The notes beneath the pieces were generated by a model. That model saw nothing but the letters and a program-made list of their open reading frames with translations. It searched no databases and was not told where the DNA came from. A stretch of DNA of 64,000 nt from Strigamia acuminata (Eukaryota), in contig OX442314.1 of the NCBI GenBank assembly GCA_949358305.1, forward strand, positions 8,122,001-8,186,000, written 5' to 3'. Both the position numbers and the translations under genes were made by a program. Below are positions 1 through 11,300 of the stretch, in pieces (within the stretch, counting starts at the first letter, position 1; each line of letters starts with the position of its first letter).

Positions 1-2290
1 AAAAATGTCGACAACTGACATTGTCCGTCCTTGGACGGACTTTTTCCACCTCCCAACGTGGACCAAAGAAGTAAGCAAATTTAATTTTTTTTAATTAAAT
101 TTTTTTAATTAAAAAAAATTTTTTTTTTAACTTTAAAAAAAAAAAAATTTTTTGGGGGGGAAATAAAATGTGAAAAATTTCGAAAAGCGATGAAATGCTT
201 GTTTATATCGGTGGCCTTGAGTGTGGCGATATCTTACTGTTACGGCCAATCGATTTCGTCTGGCGATGCTCGTGGTGAGTCAGAATCCTTCCATTTAGGA
301 GAAGCGGGGAAGAGCGAAAAGGAGAAAAGAGAAAACGCGCCACGGCATGGCCGCCATTCAGCTATGATTTCCAGCAAATTCCGCTCAAATTCCGCCTCCA
401 TTTCGCCCCGAAAACCTACAACCAGGTGAGTAATTTCCTACCACACATTCGCAATCACAAATCTCCACCGAAAGAGACGAAAATCCATCCGGAACGACCG
501 CGATGATGGAGTCGCGAATATCAATTTGTTCCATTCGTCCTTAAAAACGTTTTAATCGCCGCTAATCATTTTGATTTATAATCCAGACCATAAAATATAA
601 ATCTAGACGTCCTTTCAGAAGGAATTCGACGACATTTCAAGGTTTATATCGCCAATTTGGGAGGAGTTTTGAATAAAAACGATTTTAATTCGACTCAATT
701 CAATGCTGGAACACTTAAATTGTCAAAACAAAACCGAAAAATCAATTTTTATCGATTTTTTTCTTGCATTTCTCGACTAAAATGAGTGAAATGAGTCCAA
801 TTCCCGTCGTTTCTAGGGGTTAATGAAAGGGGGTAACTCGTTGGCCCAGTTTTAAACCCCTTTAGGCCTCGCGATGTTACATCTCTCAATGTTACATTTT
901 AAAACTGTTGGCTTTTGACCCTTTTTTGTGTTTACCCTACAAGAAATGTAGGAGAGGATCTACATAATTTGAATTTAGTGTGCAAAAAATGGTCTCTAGG
1001 TCGATGTGACAGTTTCTTATCTGCTTTTTTGTGTCCCAGCATTCTTTTGGAATTAATAGGCGAGTTTTTTGGGAATTTTTAACACCTAACTGGGTGTAAT
1101 GTTGGCTATAATTAATGTTGGTGACCCCCTGGCATAGATGTCAATGTTGTGGGATGGAAGGAGATTGAATGAGTTGGAGAAAGAAGTGTTTTAGGTGTAT
1201 TTGATGGTTTGCTGACCTGGATTTTTGTTTTGATTTAATGTCGATTTTCCACGGTGTCGAATTGAAGGTCGAATCCTCAAAATGGGCTTTAGAAGTGTGG
1301 AAGTCGTGTGGTTTTGGCTGTTTTTGGAGGTCAGCACGTCAAGTTGTGTTGTTTTGATGAATGGTGCGGATTTGAATTGGTTTAAAAACCGAAACGGGAA
1401 AAAAACAGATTAAGCCTAACCGAAGTTCTACCGAAGATTTTTGTTTATTTAATGTTGATTTTCAGCGTTTTTATTTAGGTTTTGGTGCTTTTATGTAACC
1501 AAGAATGGGTTAAATACGCTTATTTAACGAGATTCGATGGTTTAAACGTGGAAAACGTAAAATACAACGCGACAAACGGATTAGGCCTAAGCCAGACTAG
1601 GCCTAATCGATGTCAACAAGTGCGGGATGTGCAATTACACGTTTTTATCTTTTATTTGTCTGAAATAAACGATGAAAAAGATAGTCCAAGGTAAACATAG
1701 GTGTTTCCAACTCCAACTTGACTGTTTAATGTTTATATACATTCCTTTTAAATTTTTTTTATTGGTATATAAATAAAAATGCTAATTACCCAGATTTTTT
1801 ATAATTTGTCACGTAAATTCGTGATACAATTTATTTTAAATAGGATACTGGTGTTTTTTTTATTTTAAATTTATTTTAAGATTATTTTTTCGCCTTTTAA
1901 TTAATTCCTGCAAGGCTGCAACCCGGTATTGTAAATGAGGCGGAAATCAATTGAGATAGCATCACGTACGTCATTCATTCTCAAGAAAACCGCGAGAGCG
2001 TGTCGGTCGTTGTCTGTTTGATCGGTCGGGAGTCCTTCGAAGGACGTTCGTTGACCACCTCGAGTAAAATAAGACGAGAAATAAAAGATAAAAAACAGAG
2101 TTGAAAAAAAAATTTATAAAAATTTTTATCTTGTGTACATCTTCTTCAATTGGAGTTAATTTTAAATAGAAATCATTATTTATTGATGACGGAAGACCTT
2201 CACCTTGGCCGCCGCCCACGACGCGCCTTACGCGGCCAAGGCGAAGGTCAACTTCCGTAGAAAAATAAAAAATAAAAAAAATAAAAAAAA

Positions 2291-2660
2291 TTCACGTTTT
2301 ATTTCAAAATTTCACGTTTTATTTTAAAATTTCACGTTTTATTGAAAAATTTTACGTTTTATTTCAAAATTTGACGTTTTATTTCAAAATTTTACGTTTT
2401 ATTTCAAAATTTTACGTTTTATTTCAAAATTTTACGCTTTATTTCAAAATTTCACGTTTTAATTAAAAATTTCACGTTTTATTTCAAAATTTGACGTTTT
2501 ATTCAAAACTTCGTTTTATTTCAAAATTTCACGTTTTATTTCAAAATTTCACGTTTTAATTCAAAATTTCACGTTTTATTTCAAAATTTTACGTTTTATT
2601 TCAAAATTTGACGTTTTATTTCAAAATTTCACGTTTTATTTCAAAATTTCGCGTTTTATT
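2291..2660. repeat. 20-bp minisatellite (atttcaaaatttcacgtttt)n
   Basis: Direct reading, ~18 units. Confidence 0.95.
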
Positions 2661-3097
2661 TCGAAATTTCATTACCTTTTCGTGGAAATCGCTAGCTGGA
2701 TTATCACGTGATCTAAATCGGCGAATCACGTTTAGTCGGGAGTCGAACACGGCTTTGTTTGTCACGTGGTTCCACTTGAGACTATTTCCATGTTTTTAAT
2801 TGCCGTTGATGATGATGACACGTGGAATTTGTTGATGCGGCACTTGATGCTTAATGATTACTATAGTTATTTGTATTTTCCTCTTCCGGTCTGAACCTTT
2901 GATGGGTTTGTTGTTGTTGGGAGTTTATCCGCCCCACAAATCGTGCTGTGCCTAGAAAGATGAACGAGAGGAGGCCAACTGGATCTAATTATCTCTTGTT
3001 TTCGTGTTTTATCGCGCTTTATGTTGTCTGTATTACGATTTGTATTTGCCCACACCATTTGGCAGTTTATTTTCAAAATAAACTGGAAAAATGAAAA

Positions 3098-3640
3098 TTA
3101 CGGTGTCTCACAAGTAACACACTATATTTTCACAATGTTAATCTATGGGAATTAGGCCCCAACGAAAAAATTGGTCATTTATTCCATTAAAAATGAAAAT
3201 AAAACGTTTTAATGTGTAATATTCATCACCAAAAAATGTGTAAATACACTAAAGTGTCTCACAAGTAACATATCACATTTTTACCATGTTAATCTATGGG
3301 AATTAGGCCCAAAACTTCAAATTCTTCATTTATTTCATAAAAAAATGGAAATAAAACAACATCAATTCATTCTATTCATTACCAAAGAGTGTATAAATAC
3401 ACTACGGTGTCTCACAAGTAACATATCACATTTTTACCATGTTAATCTATGAGAATTAGGCCTCAAACTTCAAATTCTTCATTTATTTCATTAAAAAATG
3501 GAAATAAAATGTTTTAATCTATAATATTCATCACCAAAGAGTGTATAAATACACTACGGTGTCTCACAAGCACCATATCACATTTTTACCATGTTAATCT
3601 ATGGGAATTAGGCCCCAAACATCAAACTGGTCATTTATTC
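3098..3640. repeat. ~152-bp tandem repeat, ~3.5 copies
   Basis: gtgtctcacaagtaaca...tgttaatctatgggaattaggcc recurs at ~3100, 3250, 3405 and 3557. Confidence 0.9.
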
Positions 3641-4164
3641 AATAAAAAAAAAACGAGAAAAAAAACCACCACCCAATTCCACTCATCCCCAAACCCGACC
3701 AAAACAAAATGGCCTAAAAATAAACACCTGGTGTCAACAAAAAGAGTTAAACGAACACAAAAAGAACATCGATTCATCTCCTCCTCTCCTCCTCGTTCCA
3801 TCGCCCTCGCGCGACCCAGTGGGGGTATCGACTATCGATTTCGACGAGCAGTCGAGCACTCACCTCAAATCCTCCCCTGCGCGCCTCTCGCTTTCCCCAA
3901 AGTGGACCCGCCCGACCGACTTCCCCCGCATCTGAGAAAAGCGACTTCCCTGCCGCGCTCGCCGACGTGTTGTGCGCGGCTGAGTGTGCTGCGTGAAAGC
4001 GCTGTGCGAAAGCGAGTGTTCAGGGCACCTGGAATCACTCTGAGACATCCATATGGGGCTGGCTGCACGTGTGGAGTCGGAGGGTGCCCCTCTTTGATGC
4101 CAGCTGCACTCGAGAGCGCTTCGATTCACCATTTTCTCGCGTTTTGAGCGACGGTTCGGTCGCC

Positions 4165-4170
4165 ATGGAG
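4165..4170 (+). CDS. DAAM: Putative upstream coding end of a DAAM first exon (Met-Glu) splicing to 5270
   Basis: cgccATGGAG|gtaggt (Kozak-like context plus donor at 4171); acceptor tttccctag|5270 gives LVTFCTTSLQLPK in frame with MPARRG at 5309. Confidence 0.55.
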
Positions 4171-4432
4171 GTAGGTCTTTGCTCTCGTCGAGTTGATCGA
4201 TTTCGCGCACGTTTTGTGCGGATTTGGAGGTTTTTGGGTGAAATTTGGGTGAATTTTGGGTGTTGGGTTTTGGTTTGGGTGTGGAGGATGGAGATTTGGT
4301 GATTATAATAAGTGAAAATGTTGTGTGCATTATTCATGGTTTGACCGGGGATAGGAGGTGCAATGTTGCATTTTCATGGTGAAATGCGAGCTAGTTGCTC
4401 ATGGTTTGTGCATGTGTTTAACCTTTGGAAGA

Positions 4433-4464
<32 letters not shown>

Positions 4465-5308
4465 GGTGTTTGGAATCTTTGGATGTTGATTTGTCCACGA
4501 TTTTCACCCTTGAGTTGAGGTGTTTGGTTTTTTTTTGGTTGTTTTGAATGGATTTTGAAGTGGGTGAGTTTTTGGTGATAATTGGTTGCCGGAAGTGAAA
4601 GTTGGTTTTGGTTGTGTTTTAGGGTGTGGGGGATGGTTTGGTGTTGAGGGATTTTGGGGGATTTGGGTTTTGGTTTTTTTGGTTTTGTTTTTTGAAGTTG
4701 TTTGGTTGGAGTTGATTTTTGGGTGGATTTGAATGGAAATTAGAAATTAGAAATTGCAAATCTAATTTATTTTAAATTGATGTGCTTTGGTTTATTATAA
4801 TAAAAGTTTTTTTTGCATATAAATCTTCAATTATAGTACAAAATTTTTATTGAATTGCATAAAAATCATCAATTTTTGTACGAAAAAATCATCAAATTGT
4901 AGAAAAATCACAATTTTTGTCAAAAATCTCATTGAATTGCATAATAGTCATCAATTTTGGTTAAAAAATTTCTTCTAATTGCATAAAAATCTTCAATTTT
5001 GGTCAGTAATTTTGTTAAATTGCTTAGAAATCATAAAAAATTGCTTAGAAATCGTCAAATATTTCATCACATTGCACAAAAATCATCAATTTCAGTCAAA
5101 AATGTCCTAAATCTTCACTAAAAACTCCAATTAATCGATTCAAAAACCAACAATCCACCAACAATCCACCAAAAATCACCAAAACATTCAAACATTAAAG
5201 GAAAAAAATATTTTATTGTAACAATTTCAATCGTCGTTAATAATCTCTCTTTTCTTTTCTTTTCCCTAGCTGGTAACATTTTGCACAACCAGTCTCCAAT
5301 TACCCAAA

Positions 5309-8300
5309 ATGCCGGCTCGAAGGGGCATGAATGGCTGGTGCAGCTGTTTGAGCAACAACGAACCCCCCGAGATCACCTACAAAGTGGTCGAAAATGGCGG
5401 CACCGTCAACCTACAGGCCCTCACGCCCACCCAACCCATTCCCGACGAGGAAGAACTCAATGCCAAGTTTGCGGAACTCGTCGTAAGTTAATGCACCGGA
5501 CAATACCACAATAACTTTAATTGTCTCACCACATAATGACAACAACAACAAACTATTTATCTCATAATTTCTTCGTTTTTCCTTCCCACTTACTTATTTC
5601 AACACGAAATGTAGGACGAGTTGGATTTGGCGGCACCGAAGAGGGAAGCCATGTTTAATCTCCCGTCGGAGAAAAAGTGGCAAATTTATTGCAGCAGGAA
5701 AAAGGTTTATGAAAATTATTATTATATTATATAATATTATTATTATTATTATTATTTAAATAAATAAATAAATAAATAAATATTTTAATTTTTTTTAATT
5801 TTTAGGACGAACAAGAAACTTGCTCCACGAGTTTTCCTGATTACTACATCGAGAAAGTGAATGCCTTGTCCATGGTAGGTCATGTTCAAGCTGATGATAC
5901 ACGAGGATGGAAATTATTATTATTTTATTTTTTTAGAATTATTAAAATTTTAAAATTTTTATTTTTTCAAGTTGCTGTTTCCACGCGAGGAAGAGGAAGT
6001 GGCAGTTCGGACGAAATTAATAGACGGGTTGAAAACAGCTTTACGAACACAGCCCAATAGGTTTTATTGAAATAAAATCGAATAAAATCGATTAAAATTA
6101 AATTTTTTTTTTTTTTTTTTTTTTAGTTTTGTAATGAGATTTATAGATTTAGATGGATTGTCGTGCGTGTTGAATTTCCTGGGCAATATGGATTACGAAA
6201 CATGCCAAAGCAGCATCCATACATCCATTATCGGTTGTGTTAAGGCGCTCATGAACAATTCGGTGAATAAAATTGAAAAATTGAAAATATGTGAGTTTTT
6301 GATTGAATTGTTATTATTTTTTTTGGTTTTAGAATGGCCGAGCTCATGTTTTGGCTCATCCAAACAGCATAAACATCATTGCTCAGTCCCTCGATTCGGA
6401 AAATATCAAAACGAAAATCGCTGTTTTGGAAATACTCGGAGCCGTGTGTCTCGTTCCTGGCGGCCATCGAAAAGTTCTCAATGCGATGCTACATTATCAG
6501 AAGTTTGCGTGTGAAAGAACCCGGTTTCAAGTAAATATGAATGTTAAATGTGTGCGTAGAAAATGCAGTGGTGTAGTGTAGTGTGGATTGACCCATATTT
6601 GGTTGTTTGGTTTGTGTATTGTTGTCTCCAGAAACGTCGTGCGTGCTGGGGTGTGTAATTTTGTTTGGGAGGCTTTGGTCGCAAGTTGAAAAATTCTTTA
6701 CAATTTGTAATTTTTTTGGAAAAAAATATGAAGTTCTAAAAGCAAAAATTTTGATTTTTAAAGCAAATTTTTGTTTTTAAAGCCGATTTTTAAAGCAAAA
6801 ATCCGATTTTTAAAGCAAAAATCCGATTTTTAAAGCAAAAATCCGATTTTTAAAGCAAAAATCCGATTTTTAAAGCAAAAATCCGATTTTTATAGTAAAA
6901 ATCGGATTTTTAAAGCAAAAATCCGATTTTTAAAGCAAAAATCCGATTTTTAAAGCAAAAATCCGATTTTTAAAGCAAAAATCCGATCTTTAAAGCAAAA
7001 ATCCGATTTTTAAAGCAAAAATCCGATTTTTAAAGCAAAAATCCAATTTTTAAAGCAAAAATCCGATTTTTAAAGCAAAAATCTGATTTTTAAAGCAAAA
7101 ATCCGATTTTTCTATGCATATATTAATTATTTAAAGCAGAAATTGAATTCTAGCTGTAAAAAAATTTAATTTATTTACACACAAACTCAACATTTAAATT
7201 TAAAAAACCAAAACCTTCAAATAAATTCTTCTTTCCAACATTGTGTATCATTACACAAGTTGAAAAGGTTGTAAAAATGGGTGCAGTAGACCTCCATCCT
7301 CTCCTTTCCTTTCACTGCCCTTAGCCCCTTTATCCTATTGTATTACACCTCTCATTTAATCTCAAATGACACTTTTGCACCTGCCTTACAACAGCTATTT
7401 ATAAACACAATTCTAACACACATTTGTCTCACCTAGACTATAATCAATGACCTGGACAAAAGCACAGGGATTTACAGAGATGAAGTGAGCTTAAAAACCG
7501 CCGTCATGTCCTTTATTAACGCCGTTCTAAACTACGGACCCGGACAGGTAAATAAGAATAAAAACAAGCAGGACAAAAACAAGCAATCGATCGATCTTAT
7601 TAAACAGGATCACTTGGAATTCCGTGTGCACCTAAGATACGAATTCCTCATGCTCGGCATCCAGCCGGTGATCGACAAACTCCGCAGTCACGAAAACGCC
7701 ACCTTGGATCGGCATTTGGATTTCTTCGAGATGGTTCGAAACGAAGATGAAAAAGAAATCGCACGCCGATTTAATCAAGTATGATTTTATATAATACATA
7801 TATAATCTTAATTGATATTTGTAACTAGCAGTGCGCGTCCACGCGTTGCTGTGGCTCATAAATAAATCCCGTGGAAATAAATCCCGTGAAAATAAATCCC
7901 GTGAAAATAAATCCCGTGGAAATAGATCGCGAGGAAATAAATTCCGTGGAATCGTGTGTTGCTTTCACGTCCAACAGATGGCGCTGTTTTTCAAATATTT
8001 AGTATAGCATGTGTTGCATTTACGCTCAATAGATGGCGCTGTTTTTTTAAAAAAGCACATTTTTACCTGTCACAGGTGTGACATCCATATAAAAACCATA
8101 TAAAAACACGCGCCTATTCGAATGCAACGTTGTGTCCAAATTTCAGAGCAATCGGTGAATAAGTTTCGGAGATATAAGATTAGTAACAAACGGACATTTT
8201 TATTTATATAGATTTTGTGATTTTTATTTGAAAAATAGATTCACGTGGATAGTAAAAGCGCCACATCAATTTTCGACGCACTAAAGAAGAAAGTGAGTCA

Positions 8301-11300
8301 CACGGCCGCTTATCCGCATTTTATTTCGCTTTTGCAACATTTCTTACTCCTTCCGTGTAAGTTTGAATGGAAGATTCAACTTTTGTGTTTGGAAAATAAG
8401 GAATTAATTAGATTTCTGTTTGTAGTAAACGGCAATGGCGGTTGTCCTCAACACTGGTTGTTGTGCGACAGGATATTACAGCAAGTGATACTACAAACGG
8501 AAGACGGACAGAATTTTGATACAGCTCCAATTAATATAAATGTTAAACAAGTTGTTCACTTGTAAGTATTCCTTCCTTATAAAACTTGAGATTCTAAGTT
8601 GATTATTTGTGTTTAGATTGGCCAAAGAGGAAGAACTGACCGCAGCCAGAGAGAAAGCGAGCACGCTAGAAAGGGAGAATTCGGATCTGTCGAGCAAACT
8701 TGCCAAGAAGGAACAGGAATGTGAAATCAAAACCCAAGAAAAAGTAACTAATCGACTTATTTGTTTTATCTTATTTAACCGCTTGTCATTGCTTATACTG
8801 TACAGGAAGACATGCAATCATCACTCAACAAAATGAAGGCAAAACTGGAGAAAGAAACAGTAGGACATTTGGAAGCTCAACAGAAAATTGCAGAATTGGA
8901 ACACAGAGTGAGCGAAGTCAGTCAGCAACTGAGCGGAGAGAAAGTGGAAAGAGTTCGTCTGGAGCAGTTGGTTCACGCCGGCAGTTTACCCGATGATGCC
9001 AAAGCGGCCGGCCTCATTTCCATCAATTGCACCGCCCAAACCAACGGCGACGAAGGCCTAAGAAAATCTCACATTACAAACAAATCTTCTTGTAATCAAA
9101 GTGTTAACTCTATTTTACCACCACCACCTGGCCCACCACCTCCACCTGCACCTGGTATTGGGATATGGGAAAAGCCGAAGGATGGTTTACCAATGTTGCC
9201 AACACATTTCACACAAAGCACACAGCAATTCATGTTTGAGGCCCTATTACTTAGCCATACTTGGTACTCTTTATTCCGCAAAGTACTTTCAGCCACACCT
9301 TGCCATCTGTGCAGAAGGGCCAACGACCTTAAGTGGCCAGCCCATAAATGTGAGTGGATGGGCTTGTACTTTGTGGGACTAGGCCTGTGCGATTACTCTT
9401 TGAAGTGAATGCAAATGCAATACGACAGTTTGGCGATTTTTTTGCAATATATTGTATTCTTGATACATCGCTTAGAATTAGTGGTGTAATCGCAATATCG
9501 TAAGATATCGCTTAGAATAAGCGGTGTAATCGCAATACCGCAAGATATCGCTAAATCGCAATATCGCAAGATATCGCTAAATCGCAATATCGCTAAATCG
9601 CAATATAGCTAAATCGCAATATCGCTAAATCGCAATATCGCTAAATCGCAATATCGCTAAATCGCAATATCGCAAGATATCGCTAAATCGCAATATCGCA
9701 AGATATCGCTTAGAATAAGCGGTGTAATCGCAATATCGCAAGATATCGCTTAGAATAAGCGGTGTAATCGCAATATCGCTTAGAATAAGCGGTGTAATCG
9801 CAATATCGCTTAGAATAAGTGGTGTAATGATATCGCAATATCGCAAAATATCACAACATATCGCAGTGTATTCAAAAAGTTGTTTTCCTTTGAATGAAGA
9901 CAATCGGTCAATTTCAGCTTAAAAACATGGTTAGGTTTATCTCCGCACAAACATTATATGAAATAAATGAAAATGATGCCATCTCTCATTGTTCCCACAA
10001 ACTTGTGTGTAAACTGTTGCAACATTTGTAAACCAATGTGAAGCTGATGAAACCGTAACGAGTGAATTGAAATAATTAAAATGATTCGATTTGTGTGTGA
10101 GAACAGGTCCGCCACCGATGCCATTCTCCGAACAGTCACAATCGGTGCCTAGGATGTCAGTACAAAAGAAAAACGTGCCACAACCATCAAATCCATTGAA
10201 ATCCTTCAATTGGTCGAAAATACCAGACTGTAAATTGGATGGGACTGTGTGGAATGACATGGATGATGCCAAGCTTTACAAAGTGATGGATTTGGATGAT
10301 TTTGATCGCACTTTTTCGGCTTATCAACGTCAATTGGTGAATTTCAAACGGCTAAATGCAATAAATCGCTTGTTTGTTCATTTTTTCGTTCATTTTATTT
10401 CATTAGGATGGATCAGTGGAGGATTTGCGGACTTTAGGTAAAAATAAAACCAAAGAATTCTCGGTGATTGACGGCCGCCGAGCTCAAAATTGTACCATTC
10501 TTTTATCCAAATTAAAAATGAGCAATGAAGAAATATGCAAGGCAATTTTAGACATGGATAGTAAAAACCAATTGCCCAAAGATATGGTAGAACAGGTAAT
10601 TTATCTTATCTTTCAAAGATTTTAATTATTGCTGTTAAGATATTAATGTTAACCATTGGTTTTGCCAGCTGCTCAAATTTATTCCTAGTCAGGAAGAAAA
10701 AGCTCTTTTGGATGACCACAGTTGTGAAATCGATCAGATGGCAAGAGCTGACCGGTTTCTATACGAAATTAGCAGGTAAAACACTACAATATGTAGAAAT
10801 AATAATAGCTACGTTTCGCTAGGTTTTCTTGGTTCTTTATTTGCTTATACAGTATTGCCAACATGAGCACAATTTCTTTTTGCATTATACCTTCAATTAT
10901 TCCAAAATTGTAGTCAATAATGAGTAAGGGTGCGTTTGAATCGGAATTTTGAAAAGTCTGATACAATCCTAAAAATTTTGGATGTATAGGGTGTCCCAAA
11001 AATAACGCAAGATTTGAATTAGCCGCCATTTGTGCAGTAAATTGTTGGCAACCCTGAAACAACAACGATTTGACAGCTGAAAGTTTAGGGTTTTATCTGC
11101 CGAAATTGGATTATATTGATGTGGCCAATATGTGGTTTCAATACATGAGCGCACGCAATACACACGTTTTCGAGGAATCTTATCGACCAAAGAATATTTT
11201 TTTCTAAAAAATGACTGATAAATCTGGGGTGTGTCTTAACTAACGACAATTGACGTATTTTTTTGTTTACAGAATTAACCATTACGAACAAAAGTTAAGG

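Noticed and set aside
190..429. 79-aa ORF with a signal-peptide-like start
   Set aside because: No recognisable family, and its donor phase does not join DAAM in frame; more likely promoter or 5'UTR.
7548..8425. Stop-free in-frame short introns (7548-7607, 8357-8425; also NUDT14 19657-19719 and 19899-19955)
   Set aside because: Canonical splice sites and low-complexity translations interrupting conserved domains; no evidence of retention.
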